DNA from: Candidatus Latescibacterota bacterium
GTDB taxonomy: Bacteria; Latescibacterota; UBA2968; GCA-2709665
DNA: 64,000 bases
NCBI GenBank assembly: GCA_965205485.1
Contig: OZ242180.1
Location: 832,001-896,000 of the forward strand
Reading direction: 5' to 3'
Shown: positions 31,083 to 41,347 of the stretch, one piece after another
Numbering within the stretch: the first letter of the stretch is position 1
How the letters are laid out: each line of letters starts with the position of its first letter
Notes under the pieces: model-generated
Seen by the model: only the letters and a program-made list of their open reading frames with translations
Databases searched by the model: none
What the model was told of the DNA's origin: nothing
Position numbers and translations under genes: made by a program

Positions 31083-31757
31083 ATGATGGAACAGGAAATC
31101 ACGGCTGGGCAGATCATCATTCTGAACGGCGCTCCGCGATCCGGGAAGTCAAGCATTGCCGCCGCGATCCAGGAAGCGTCGGATGAACTCTGGATGAATC
31201 TGGGTGCAGATCGTTACATACGCATTACACCCGAACAGTATCGTCCGGGCATCGGGCTGCGGCCGGCCGGAATTGAGAAAATGGAAGAAAAACCGTTCGC
31301 GCGAAGAAAGAAGATCGAAGCCTTAGTGCCAACAATGTATGCAGCGATGTACGACTCGATTGCGGCACACAGTCGTCTGGGTATAAACGTCGTTGTCGAC
31401 GTCGGTCACCATGACGACTACACAGTTCCTCAGGGAATCCTTTACGATTGCGCGCGGCGAATGGAAGGCCTGCCCGTTTGGTTCGTTGGCGTGCGTTGTC
31501 CTGTTGAAATCGTATGGGAACGTCGGCGCAACACGTGGCTCAGGGATCAGCGAATTTCGGATGACGCGCCACCGCCCTACAGCGTGCATCGATGGAATCG
31601 CGAAGTGCACAACCCCGGCATCTACGACCTCGAAGTCGATACCGCGAAGATGAGTCCGGAGGAATGCAGCCAGGTAATACTGAAACATCTGAAGCACGGC
31701 CCCGAACCCACGGCCTTCAAGAGGCTTGCCTCAGTGTCGGCGCGCGACCGAAAATAG
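31083..31757 (+). CDS. Chloramphenicol phosphotransferase (CPT)-like P-loop kinase
   Basis: IILNGAPRSGKSS, NVVVD, FVGVRCP and YDLEVDT..MSPEEC motifs. Confidence 0.88.
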   Translation: MMEQEITAGQIIILNGAPRSGKSSIAAAIQEASDELWMNLGADRYIRITPEQYRPGIGLRPAGIEKMEEKPFARRKKIEALVPTMYAAMYDSIAAHSRLGINVVVDVGHHDDYTVPQGILYDCARRMEGLPVWFVGVRCPVEIVWERRRNTWLRDQRISDDAPPPYSVHRWNREVHNPGIYDLEVDTAKMSPEECSQVILKHLKHGPEPTAFKRLASVSARDRK

Positions 31758-31873
31758 CAGCGATGCCGAGTTCGATTTGTATAGACTCTTCGGCCCGGAA
31801 ATCGGGTGCTGACGCCCTGGAGGATGAATGAAATGAGCCTACGCGAAATGCCTCTGTGTCCCGGCGACCTTTC

Positions 31874-33049
31874 TCAGTTCCGGTGCAACATAACCGCGTA
31901 TTTTTCTATCGTACCGATGGATCTGTCGGCAACTTGCCTGCGAGGTGGTCTCCAAATATACAGGAATTCTTGCGCGGCGGTGATGGCTCCCATATCCACA
32001 CCGTCGTGGCTGAACGGCTGAAGGAGTCCACTCGTAACGTCATCCAGATCAAACACATCAAGCGACCCGGACGGATTTATCATATACACGACCCATTCCC
32101 TCGTTTCAAGAGATCCTTTTTGGTCGTACGAGACGAACAGATATTGATCCCTGACTAATGTCATCGATCCTACAAGGGAAATATCCAATTGTTTCGCTTC
32201 GTCAACAGTTCCGCGTCCAATATCGTGGTAGCGATCGGGCAACGCGACGTATCCGTTCGGGCGCCGGCCGAATTTCGCCGTAATTTCGCCTGTTATCGCA
32301 TCGATCTCTTTAACCATGTAGTCATTCGGGCCCAGATAATAAAACACCTGTAATGAAGCATTGTAGCACAGCCTCGCGAATTTCGGCATCCGGATCGACA
32401 CAACACTCTGATTTCGATTGGAAAGCGGTGTACTGCTTAAAACGCCCCACGTCGCCGGGTCCCGGAGGCGTAATTCCATGATAAGGCTTGTTGGGTTTAC
32501 GCGTAGGGAGTATACCTGTCCCTGGCGACCGGCATGTATCTTCGTTGCGCCGATAGATTCGGTTCGATCCAGATATTCGCCCTTGCGATCATACCGGAGG
32601 ATCTGCCCTCGAACCCCATCAAGGAGATAGACCCTGCCCTCAGGATCGATCGACATACCGTAGGCCGACCGATGCTCACCGGGGCCTCTGCCTGTCCGCC
32701 CAAATGAGCGAATGTACTGATTGTCCCGGTAGTTGATTTCGTGCGCCTGATTGCTATCACGGTCGGTAACCAACAGGGTTCCCTCAGGTGAAATACCCAT
32801 CCACTCAACGTACCCAATCCCGGGCATGTCCTGATCAAACCCAAGCTCGAAGGTTTCTTGCAATTCAAGCGCTACTTTCCCTGCAGATCGCAGCGGCCTT
32901 TCAGGGATGCGCTCTTCATCCGGTATCCCTTCCAAAACGCGATCCCCTCCGCACCCGGCAACAGTACCCACGATGAGGGCGCCAGCGATCCAAAAGACGC
33001 GAACAGGAAATATCGAGCTCAAATCAGTGTACGTGCGAACCCTGCTCAT
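31874..33049 (-). CDS. Beta-propeller (6-bladed/NHL-like) lipoprotein, paralog 1
   Basis: Lipobox VAGC. FGRTGRGPGE, IDPEGRVYLLD and YDRKG.Y propeller repeats. Confidence 0.8.
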   Translation of the reverse strand: MSRVRTYTDLSSIFPVRVFWIAGALIVGTVAGCGGDRVLEGIPDEERIPERPLRSAGKVALELQETFELGFDQDMPGIGYVEWMGISPEGTLLVTDRDSNQAHEINYRDNQYIRSFGRTGRGPGEHRSAYGMSIDPEGRVYLLDGVRGQILRYDRKGEYLDRTESIGATKIHAGRQGQVYSLRVNPTSLIMELRLRDPATWGVLSSTPLSNRNQSVVSIRMPKFARLCYNASLQVFYYLGPNDYMVKEIDAITGEITAKFGRRPNGYVALPDRYHDIGRGTVDEAKQLDISLVGSMTLVRDQYLFVSYDQKGSLETREWVVYMINPSGSLDVFDLDDVTSGLLQPFSHDGVDMGAITAAQEFLYIWRPPRRQVADRSIGTIEKYAVMLHRN

Positions 33050-33281
33050 TGGCGTTCTCCACTCATTGATTGTACCTTGCCGCTGTCCTCGACGAACCCT
33101 TCGGTCGCAACCCACGGCCTTCAAGAGGCATTCTGCGATGACGGGGTGCGACTGAAAATAGCAGCGATGCCAATTTCGATTCGTTTAGACTCTTCGGCCC
33201 GGGAATCGGGTGCTGACAGCCTGGAGGAGGATGAGTGAAATGGAACCCTCGCGATATCCCTGAGCGTCCTGGCGACCCTTC

Positions 33282-34457
33282 TTAGTTCAGGTCCAACGTA
33301 ACCGCGTATTTTTCTATCGTACCGATGGATTTGTATGCAACCTCGCTACGAGGCGGTCTCCAAATGAACATGAACTCTTGCGCGGCCGTGATGGCTCCCA
33401 TCCCCGGCACACCGCCGTGGCCGCTGAATCGCCGAAGGCGTCCACTCGTAACGTCATCCAGATCAAACACATCAATCGTCCCGGACGGATTTATCAAATA
33501 GACGACCCATTCCCTCGTTAAAGTTTCCGGGTGGTCGTATGAGACGAACAGATATCGATCCTCAACCAATGTCATAGATCCTACAGTGGTAATATCCAAT
33601 GGTCTCAATTCGTCAAAAGTTCCACGGCCGATATGGTGGTAGAGATCGGGCACCGCAACGAATCCTTGCGGACGCAGGCCGAATTTCGCCGTAATCTCAC
33701 CTGTTACCGCATCGATCTTCTTGATCAAGTAGTCATTCGGGCCCAGATAATAAAACACCTGCAACGAAGCGCTATAGCACAACTTTGCGAGATGTCTCAT
33801 CCGAAACGACACGTAACTCTGTTTCGGATCGGAAAGCGGTGTACGGCTGACGACTGCCCACGTCGCTGAGTCCCGGCGCTGCAATTCCATGATAAGACTT
33901 GAATTCACGCGTAGGAAAAACACCCCATCATTGCGACCGGCGTGAATCTTCGATACCCCGAAAGATTGGGTCCGATCCAGGAATCGGCCCTTGCGATCAT
34001 ACCGGAGGATCTGCCCTTGAACCCCGTCAAGGAGATAGACTCTGCCCTCAGGATCTATCGTCATATCGTCAGCCGACAAGTGTTCCCCGGGACCTCTGCC
34101 TGGACGACCGAATGAGCGAATGTACTCTAAGTCCCGGTAGTTGATTTCGTGCGCCTGATGGCTTAACCGGTCGGCAACCATCAGGGTGCGCTCAGGTGAA
34201 ATACCCATCCACTCAACATCCCCGATCTCAGGCATGTCCTCATCAATCACAAGCTCGACGCTTTCTCGCAATTCAAGCGCCACTTTCCCTGCATATCGCA
34301 GCGGCTTTTCGGGAATGCGCTCTTCATCCGGTACTTCATCCACAACGCCAGTCCATCCGCACCCGGCAATAGTACCCACCATAAGCGCGCCTGCGATCAG
34401 AAAGACGCGCACGGGAAACATCGAGCACAAATCAGGATACGTGTGAACCCTGCTCAT
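33282..34457 (-). CDS. Beta-propeller (6-bladed/NHL-like) lipoprotein, paralog 2
   Basis: Lipobox IAGC. Colinear with and strongly similar to 31874-33049. Confidence 0.8.
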   Translation of the reverse strand: MSRVHTYPDLCSMFPVRVFLIAGALMVGTIAGCGWTGVVDEVPDEERIPEKPLRYAGKVALELRESVELVIDEDMPEIGDVEWMGISPERTLMVADRLSHQAHEINYRDLEYIRSFGRPGRGPGEHLSADDMTIDPEGRVYLLDGVQGQILRYDRKGRFLDRTQSFGVSKIHAGRNDGVFFLRVNSSLIMELQRRDSATWAVVSRTPLSDPKQSYVSFRMRHLAKLCYSASLQVFYYLGPNDYLIKKIDAVTGEITAKFGLRPQGFVAVPDLYHHIGRGTFDELRPLDITTVGSMTLVEDRYLFVSYDHPETLTREWVVYLINPSGTIDVFDLDDVTSGRLRRFSGHGGVPGMGAITAAQEFMFIWRPPRSEVAYKSIGTIEKYAVTLDLN

Positions 34458-34639
34458 TGATGTTCTCCATTCCGGTTTCTAATCACTGCTGTCCAAGATA
34501 GTTTGGAAAAGACGATCCTGGATCCGCAGGTACCTGGTTTTCGTGAGAGTCGTTTCGAGGTGCCAATGCAGGTCGCCATCTATTGGCCAGGCTGTCCAAG
34601 TCAGGAACCGAATTGGGACCGGTGTTGCTTGGGTTCCCT

Positions 34640-34787
34640 GGAGCGAGGGCATCCTGCCCTCGACGTCGGATAACTCGTCGCACACGACATTTTCCGCGAA
34701 CCGGTGTCGGATTCAATGAACACGTCAGTTTCTCGACGCGAGTAGGGATAGGTGACGCGAAGTTCGAGGGCAGGATGCCCTCGCTCC
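34640..34787. repeat. 148-bp element bounded by perfect 24-bp inverted repeats (REP doublet/MITE-like)
   Basis: GGAGCGAGGGCATCCTGCCCTCGA at 34640-34663 and its exact reverse complement at 34764-34787. Confidence 0.85.
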
Positions 34788-35133
34788 GGTTACAGGTGGA
34801 TCATGTGTTGTTAGCAATTGGTAAAGACGATTTTGGACGGGTGTGGTTTCTTATGCTTCTTGAATATCAGGTTCAGATTCCAGACCGAGCGCTGCTGCAG
34901 GTTCGTCTGAGATACCACATTTGCTGCTTTGATGGCCCGCAGAAACATCAGTTCAACTAATTTCAATATAAGTAGGGCCACTTGACAGTGCAACGTCCCG
35001 TGACAACGACCGAAAACAAGAAACGCTCCCAAGTTTCTAATCTCAGGAGCGTAAATGTCGACGAAATATCAAAAACGGAATCCGCTTTTCGCTGCACATT
35101 ATCCGGCTACGATTCCCGGCCTACCACCATCCG

Positions 35134-36459
35134 TCATTCAGCCTCAGACAATCCAATCACCCACGCCAGCTGATCTTTGATAGTTGCTTTGAAATCGCTG
35201 CTCAGTCCGGTTTTTTCGTACCGGATGTTTCCTTCTCGATCCACAATACACGTATACGGTATCTTATCGAAACCGAATTCACGCCGCACTTCATCATTCC
35301 CCATCAGATAAGTCATGCTGGGCGCCAAACGCGCCTTTGTGCTCAACACCAGATCCTTCCGATTCTCCTCCTCGTCCTGTGAATCCAGATTGACGGCCAG
35401 AAACGCTACCGACTTCTGCTTATAGGTACGCGTCAGAGCTTCGAGTTGAGGCAATTCCTCAAGACATGGACCGCACCAACTGGCCCAGAAATTGATCAAC
35501 ACAACCTTCCCTTTTAACGCGTCCAAACTCATTGATTCATCAGTCAAGGTCTTCAATGTAAACATCGGCGCCGGTCGCCTCACGCGTTTTTCAACCAACC
35601 GGGCTTTGCGCGATTCTTCAATCTCGGCCTTCAGATCCGCGTACGCGTAAATGATCCCGTCCGCAGAACCGAACTTCCCGATATACGCTCTGCTCCAGAG
35701 TTCGTAGACGGGTTCGCGGATCACCGAGTTCTTCAGAAGGTCACATGCCAGTTCATATGCAGGATTCCATCGGTCTTGCTCGATGTATAGCCTCAGCAGA
35801 TCCAGCCGAATCCCGTCTACGGTTTTCTGGCGGGTTGCCTGATCCGGAAACGCCGTCACGGGCAGCGCCTCCACCTGCCGCAAGCTGCGACGGATTACCT
35901 TCAATGCCTCCCCCGGCTGATTCGCCAACTGAAAAGCCCGGCTTAACAGTCCATGTCTTCGGATAATAACTGGCTGGTAACCGTCACCTGCATTGGCATA
36001 TACGCTCTCCGCGATTGCCAGTGACTTTTGCGCGAAAATGAGGGTTTTACCGGGGAAAATCTCCTTATCAATAAAGGTCTTCACTATCTGTTGGTATAAA
36101 CCGTTCCGATTCGGCTGTAACGCGATAGTTTCCTCAGCTAAACGAAGGAGGAACCCGGGATCATCGACTACGATGCTGTAGTGAATAAACAACCATTCCA
36201 GCGCATCTACCCTCAAATTCGTCTGCGGATATTCTGTGCGGAATTCTTCGAGGGCGAGAATCCCATCCCAGTGCTCTTCTGTTTCTTTCGCGCGTGCAAG
36301 CTTCATTTTCGCCTGTGAAAGGCGCCGTAGTTCTTCCCAGGAATAAGTCGGCGCGCCTGCATAAGCGTCCGAATTCAGAAATATCGCAATCAAAATCAGA
36401 ACAGCGATTTCCACAAGATGACGACTTCGATATTTCATTTCTAACATTGATGTCAACAT
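35134..36459 (-). CDS. TlpA-family thiol-disulfide oxidoreductase with a long helical (TPR-like) N-terminal region
   Basis: Hydrophobic N-terminal signal. C-terminal APMFTL...LKGKVVLINFWASWCGPC...IPYT.IVDREG. Confidence 0.88.
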   Translation of the reverse strand: MLTSMLEMKYRSRHLVEIAVLILIAIFLNSDAYAGAPTYSWEELRRLSQAKMKLARAKETEEHWDGILALEEFRTEYPQTNLRVDALEWLFIHYSIVVDDPGFLLRLAEETIALQPNRNGLYQQIVKTFIDKEIFPGKTLIFAQKSLAIAESVYANAGDGYQPVIIRRHGLLSRAFQLANQPGEALKVIRRSLRQVEALPVTAFPDQATRQKTVDGIRLDLLRLYIEQDRWNPAYELACDLLKNSVIREPVYELWSRAYIGKFGSADGIIYAYADLKAEIEESRKARLVEKRVRRPAPMFTLKTLTDESMSLDALKGKVVLINFWASWCGPCLEELPQLEALTRTYKQKSVAFLAVNLDSQDEEENRKDLVLSTKARLAPSMTYLMGNDEVRREFGFDKIPYTCIVDREGNIRYEKTGLSSDFKATIKDQLAWVIGLSEAE

Positions 36460-36471
36460 TCGGGCCTCCCA

Positions 36472-37776
36472 TTAACGCCTGTCCGCCCAAAAGAGACTAA
36501 ATGTCCTCTGTGCGGCATGCGCTCTAGACCGGTTTAACTTGAGATCGACGAAATATACGCCGTCCGACAGGCGACGTTTTTCGAGTAGTAATGTATGACT
36601 TCCCACGCTCTGGATGTCGTCTACAAGCAATGCAGCCAGCCTTCCAGACATATTGTAGACTTTGAGCCCAACGTGCACGGAGTCCACAAAGGCCGAGTCG
36701 GGAATTGTGTATGCAATCGTTACCACGGAATCCGCCGGCGAATCGGACAGTGTCAGCGTCGGCCTGGCAGGACTGTCTGTTGAAGCTTTGCGTTGCTGCG
36801 TGAATCTCGTGGTGTCGGCACTCTCGGTCTGCCCTACTGCGTTTCCCTTCGTTGCGCTTTGCTGAAGGGAAGCTACCGCCTGTTTGCTGCGGTTGACGGG
36901 GTTAGACGAGTCGTCTTTTTCAATTTCGATTGTCATCTCTGCGGCGGTCGCACCCGGCTTCGGTGACGAATTCGAACCGTTTTCCCACTGGACAATGGCG
37001 ACGAATCCGGAATAGTATATCCCCGTTCCCACAACCGCCGCCGTCAGGATACCGCCAGTTCGCCAGTACGGACTTTGGGAAAAGAACCGTTTTGCACTTG
37101 CCCAGATCGAATCCGGTGTCAAAAGGAGCATTGGCGGTAGTGCGGCCATTACCTTCTTCGTCAGTTCAGACGTCGGTTGGCGCTCCTTCAATGTCTCCTC
37201 GACGATCGGCATCAGATCTTCCCGAAGCTGGTCGCGGCCCACCTGAAGCCTGCCGAGCACGGTGCTTTCCGGAACTTCCAGCATCTCGGCGATCTCCCTG
37301 TACTTCAACCCCTCCATGTAGTGCAAAAGCACGACCTCTCGATACTTCTCCGGAAGCCGTTCGACCGCTTCAAGGATGTGGTTTCGCATCTCCTCCATTT
37401 CGTATTCACTGTCCGGCGAAGTCGGCAGGCGAACGAACGCATCCGGCAGGACTTCGCTATGAAGAGAGGCTTCCTTCGTATCGTCCAAATCACCAACCGG
37501 TAAGTTCGTCTTGCGTTTTCGAATCCATTCATTTGAATTATTCATAGCAATACCCCGAACCCACGCACGAAACTTCGCGGGGTCCTTCAACGTTCCAAGA
37601 TGCCTGTATGCGTCTACGAAAGTCGCCTGGACGATGTCCTCCGAAGCGTCGAAATTTCCCGTCCTTCCCACGACTTGGGCGTACACCGTCCCCTTGTAAC
37701 GTTCAACAAGCGGTTCAAAAGCGTCTTTGTCGCCCGACAGGACTCGCCTGACAAATATGCTGTCTGCCACGTCCAT
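36472..37776 (-). CDS. ECF sigma-70 factor with a C-terminal TM helix and FlgD-Ig/T9SS-CTD-like domain
   Basis: sigma2 (DIVQATF...FRAWVRGIAMN), sigma4 (LPEKYREVVLLHY.EGL.Y.EIAEML), a hydrophobic stretch, then TIAYTIP...LKVYNMSGRL...GSH...LSDGVYFV.L. Confidence 0.88.
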   Translation of the reverse strand: MDVADSIFVRRVLSGDKDAFEPLVERYKGTVYAQVVGRTGNFDASEDIVQATFVDAYRHLGTLKDPAKFRAWVRGIAMNNSNEWIRKRKTNLPVGDLDDTKEASLHSEVLPDAFVRLPTSPDSEYEMEEMRNHILEAVERLPEKYREVVLLHYMEGLKYREIAEMLEVPESTVLGRLQVGRDQLREDLMPIVEETLKERQPTSELTKKVMAALPPMLLLTPDSIWASAKRFFSQSPYWRTGGILTAAVVGTGIYYSGFVAIVQWENGSNSSPKPGATAAEMTIEIEKDDSSNPVNRSKQAVASLQQSATKGNAVGQTESADTTRFTQQRKASTDSPARPTLTLSDSPADSVVTIAYTIPDSAFVDSVHVGLKVYNMSGRLAALLVDDIQSVGSHTLLLEKRRLSDGVYFVDLKLNRSRAHAAQRTFSLFWADRR

Positions 37777-38162
37777 ACAACCTCCACATTAGAGAAATCT
37801 GTCCGGGGACATCGCCAAAGGTTCGTGTATCGATCCCTGCTCCTACCATAATAGTGACGTAGGAACCCAAATACTAAAAAAAACCTTTGAAATCCGCGTC
37901 GCACCAACATATCGGATGCCTGCCGGACGCAATAGCATTCTACGTTAACGCAGGTCAATTGTGGACTGAATCGCCCATCGCAAGGGCAACGCGGATTCGC
38001 CGATTGACGACGCGCACTTTGTTCAAATCCGGCTGCGCAATCTGGAAGAGTCGGTGATCGAGAGACGAGAAGAGTCGGTGGATACGCTCACGGCCGGATT
38101 GTCGGTCTGTCTGCGCCAATCTTCTCCAACGCCGGATGCGGATACCGGCGCTGTTTTTGCGC

Positions 38163-38192
38163 TTGACAACCAGCGAACGATGCCTACATAAT
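38163..38192 (+). promoter_or_regulatory. Putative sigma-70 promoter of the MBL operon
   Basis: TTGACA-N18-CATAAT about 85 nt upstream of 38277. Confidence 0.4.
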
Positions 38193-38276
38193 GACTGCGG
38201 TGCGAACCCGTACGCTTGCACCTGAGAGAGGGCAGGAAACGCAATCCCAACGCAGTCTCTTCACCGTCGGAGTCGG

Positions 38277-39149
38277 GTGAGCGAATCCAATCGAAAAGGC
38301 GATTCGAGGACCATCGGGGACATCCGCGTAACCGCGCTGGACGCCGGGCGGTTCAGTCTGGACGGGGGCACGATGTTCGGCGTGGTCCCCCGGTCGATCT
38401 GGGAGAAGAAGATCCCGCCCGACGAGCGGAACCGGATTCAACTCGGCCTGAACTGCCTGCTGGTTGAGACACTGGCGGAGACCGTTCTGGTTGAAACCGG
38501 CGTGGGCGCCGATAAGCTGTCAGGGAAACACCGGGATATTTATGGTGTGGACCCCTCAAGGGGCGTAATCGAAGCGCTTGCCGATGCGGGCGTTACGCCG
38601 GAGGCGGTGGACCGGGTGGTACTCACCCACCTTCATATGGACCACGCCGGCGGGACGACGGTTCAGACGGACGAAGGATATGTGCCCGCGTTTCCGAACG
38701 CCAGGTACATCGTGCAACGACAGGAATGGGTAGACGCCGTTGGCGCTGACCGGCAGACCGTTCACGGGTACAACGTCGAGTCGGACCTGTTGCCGCTGGA
38801 ACGCGCGGGCGTACTGGAGCTTGTGGAGGGCGACGTGGAGGTCTGCCACGGCGTGCGCGTTTTTCTCACGCCCGGGCACACGAAGGCGCATCAGTCCGTC
38901 CTGGTACAATCGGGTGACGAAGCCGTCTGTTTCATTGGGGACCTGGTCCCCACGCGACATCACATGCACCCGGTCTACATCATGGCGTTCGACCTGTATC
39001 CCAGGAAGACGTTCAAGGTGCGCCAGCAGGTGTTGAAGCAGGCGGCCGGCGAAGGCTGGCTGGTGGCGTGGCCGCACGATCCGGAGCAGGTCTGGGCATA
39101 CATCACGATTGACGACAGGGGTGAATACACTCCGGTGGAGGAGCTCTGA
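38277..39149 (+). CDS. MBL-fold metallo-hydrolase (YtnP-like)
   Basis: LDGG.MFGVVP, THLHMDHAGG, TPGHT..HQ, GDL and HDP motifs. Confidence 0.92.
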   Translation: MSESNRKGDSRTIGDIRVTALDAGRFSLDGGTMFGVVPRSIWEKKIPPDERNRIQLGLNCLLVETLAETVLVETGVGADKLSGKHRDIYGVDPSRGVIEALADAGVTPEAVDRVVLTHLHMDHAGGTTVQTDEGYVPAFPNARYIVQRQEWVDAVGADRQTVHGYNVESDLLPLERAGVLELVEGDVEVCHGVRVFLTPGHTKAHQSVLVQSGDEAVCFIGDLVPTRHHMHPVYIMAFDLYPRKTFKVRQQVLKQAAGEGWLVAWPHDPEQVWAYITIDDRGEYTPVEEL

Positions 39150-39150
39150 T

Positions 39151-40113
39151 ATGGCGGTGAAGATGGTGTTCTGGCCGGCGTTCAAGCCGGATTGGATGGC
39201 GCGCATCAGGGAACTGGGCGTGGAGGCGTGCGAAGCGGACTCCGATGCGGAGGCACTGGACCTGATCGGTGACGCGGACGCGTATTACGGTCGCATGACG
39301 CCGGCGCTGCTGGCGGCCGGAAAGAAGCTGCGGTGGATACAGGCGACGAGCGCGGGCCTTGACGGTTACTATTTTCCTGAGTTGAGAGACAGCGACGTAA
39401 CCGTCACGAACCTGCGCGGGATCTACAGCGACGTCATTGCAGAACACGTGTTTGCGTTGCTGCTTTCCATGGCCAGAGGCATTCCGGCATATTTCCGGAG
39501 CCAGCAGGAGGGTCGATGGGAGAGTAAAGACGTACCGGTAATCCACGTGGCGGGCACAACCCTCGGCGTGCTGGGTCTGGGCGGGATCGGGCTGGCAGTT
39601 GCCGAACGGGGCCATGCATTCGGGATGCGCGTACTCGCCCTGGATCCGGCCCCAAAGGGACGTCCCGACTACGTGGAACGTGTCTACGGCGTACACGAAT
39701 TGCACGAGATGCTGGATGAGGTGGATTTCTTCGTCATCTGCGCCCCGCATACCGGCGAGACCGACCGGATGATCGATGCCGCGGCGTTGAAGGCGATGAA
39801 ATCGAGCGCGATATTCATCAACATCGGCCGTGGAAAAGTGGTGGACCTCGCCGCGCTCACCCGGGCGCTGGGAAACGGCGAAATCGCGGGCGCCGGTCTG
39901 GACGTCTTCGAAGAAGAGCCGCTGCCGGAAGGGCATCCGCTATGGGCGATGGAGAATGTGATGATCACCCCGCACGTTGCGGCAATCTCGGACCGGATCG
40001 AGGATCGACGGATCGGTCTGATTCTGGAAAACATACGGCGGTTCCGGGACGGCGAACCGCTGTTGAACGTGGTAGACAACAAGAGGGGATACGTGGTTTC
40101 CCTGAGTGAGTAG
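39151..40113 (+). CDS. D-2-hydroxyacid dehydrogenase family protein
   Basis: SAGLD, GLGGIG, INIGRG, LDVFEEEPL and TPHVA motifs. ATG lies just after the MBL stop. Confidence 0.92.
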   Translation: MAVKMVFWPAFKPDWMARIRELGVEACEADSDAEALDLIGDADAYYGRMTPALLAAGKKLRWIQATSAGLDGYYFPELRDSDVTVTNLRGIYSDVIAEHVFALLLSMARGIPAYFRSQQEGRWESKDVPVIHVAGTTLGVLGLGGIGLAVAERGHAFGMRVLALDPAPKGRPDYVERVYGVHELHEMLDEVDFFVICAPHTGETDRMIDAAALKAMKSSAIFINIGRGKVVDLAALTRALGNGEIAGAGLDVFEEEPLPEGHPLWAMENVMITPHVAAISDRIEDRRIGLILENIRRFRDGEPLLNVVDNKRGYVVSLSE

Positions 40114-40136
40114 CCGAACCGAAAAGGAGGCTGGCG

Positions 40137-41195
40137 ATGTTCGGAAGTGAAATGGAACCGCTGGGACAGACCTGGACCGAAATCGAAGGCGAATCCTGCG
40201 GCGCACGGGAAGACGAACGCGGCCCCATCGGCGGGGGCGAGGGATATGAATGCGCGGTATCCGCAACGGGGGAGGCAATTTCCACGCTGGACGACCTCCT
40301 CGAGGCGCTGGCGCAGGCGAAATCGGGGGACGTTGTATACGTGGACGGATGCGCTGAGATTGACTGCACCGAACGTGTGTACATAGAGTCCCTCGTGCTG
40401 GAGATCCCTGAGGGCGTCACCCTGGCCAGCGACCGGGGCGTTGACGGCTCGGATGGCGGGATGATCCTGAGCGACACGTTCGACACGAATCCCCTGATCC
40501 TTGTGACGGGGCCGAATGTGCGGGTCTCCGGGCTCCGCATCAAGGGACCGAATCCCAAGCGGTGCCTGGAACACCACAACCGGTCGTTCCGCGAGGGCAG
40601 GGGGCACGAATACTACTATAAATTCCCTACATCGAATGGGATCACAACCAGACAACCGGGGTTGGAGGTGGACAACTGCGAGCTTGCCGGCTGGAGCCAC
40701 GCGGCGGTCTATCTCAGCTCCGGAGACGGGCATCACGTCCACCACAATTTCATCCATCACAACCAATATAACGGCTTGGGGTACGGTGTGAGCCACGACG
40801 AGGCGTTCTCGTTGATCGAATACAACCGGTTCGACTACAACCGGCACTCACTGGCAGGAACGGGCAGATCGGGCAGTGGATACGAGGCACGGCACAACGT
40901 GGAAATCGGTGAGTCGTTGAGCCATTGTTTCGATATGCACGGCGGCAGGGACCGGAAGGACGGGACGGACGTGGCAGGCACCTGGATGAACGTGCATCAC
41001 AACACATTCCGCTGTCCCAAGACCGCCGTCGTCGTACGCGGCGTCCCGGAAGAAGGCGTGGATGTCCACCACAACTGGCTCTATCAGCGACCCGACGAAC
41101 TGTCGGTTCGGTCCGATGGAAAGACCCGGGTCCGGAATAACGCCTACGGTCTCACGGACCCGGTCCTGGTGGCCAATGCCGACGTGGGTAACTGA
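40137..41195 (+). CDS. Right-handed parallel beta-helix protein (pectin lyase-like fold)
   Basis: Repeating VDNCE, VHHN.I, IEYNRF and VHHNTF strands. AAGGAGG RBS. Confidence 0.75.
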   Translation: MFGSEMEPLGQTWTEIEGESCGAREDERGPIGGGEGYECAVSATGEAISTLDDLLEALAQAKSGDVVYVDGCAEIDCTERVYIESLVLEIPEGVTLASDRGVDGSDGGMILSDTFDTNPLILVTGPNVRVSGLRIKGPNPKRCLEHHNRSFREGRGHEYYYKFPTSNGITTRQPGLEVDNCELAGWSHAAVYLSSGDGHHVHHNFIHHNQYNGLGYGVSHDEAFSLIEYNRFDYNRHSLAGTGRSGSGYEARHNVEIGESLSHCFDMHGGRDRKDGTDVAGTWMNVHHNTFRCPKTAVVVRGVPEEGVDVHHNWLYQRPDELSVRSDGKTRVRNNAYGLTDPVLVANADVGN

Positions 41196-41347
41196 ATAAA
41201 TCCCTCATTGTTTCGTAAGTCGGTCATCGTCTCTCTCAGCGATGGCCGTACCGCTCCGCCGCCGCGTAGCGCGCCGGGTTGTCCTGCGCCCCGTCGGGCC
41301 CGCCTTCACCGGCTACCGGTTGGCAGTTTCCTTGCCGGAGTTTTCGG

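Larger units (their letters stand above)
31705..34472. repeat. Diverged tandem duplication, two units of about 1.36 kb (31705-33064 and 33109-34472)
   Basis: Both units begin AACCCACGGCCTTCAAGAGGC, share the intergenic TAGACTCTTCGGCCCGG.AATCGGGTGCTGAC and contain the whole propeller gene. Confidence 0.9.

Noticed and set aside
31083..31757. Calling the CPT-like kinase a chloramphenicol resistance gene
   Set aside because: The family is broad and the substrate cannot be inferred from motifs.
41196..41347. Possible c-di-AMP riboswitch upstream of the K+ channel
   Set aside because: Conserved ydaO-type motifs were not found.
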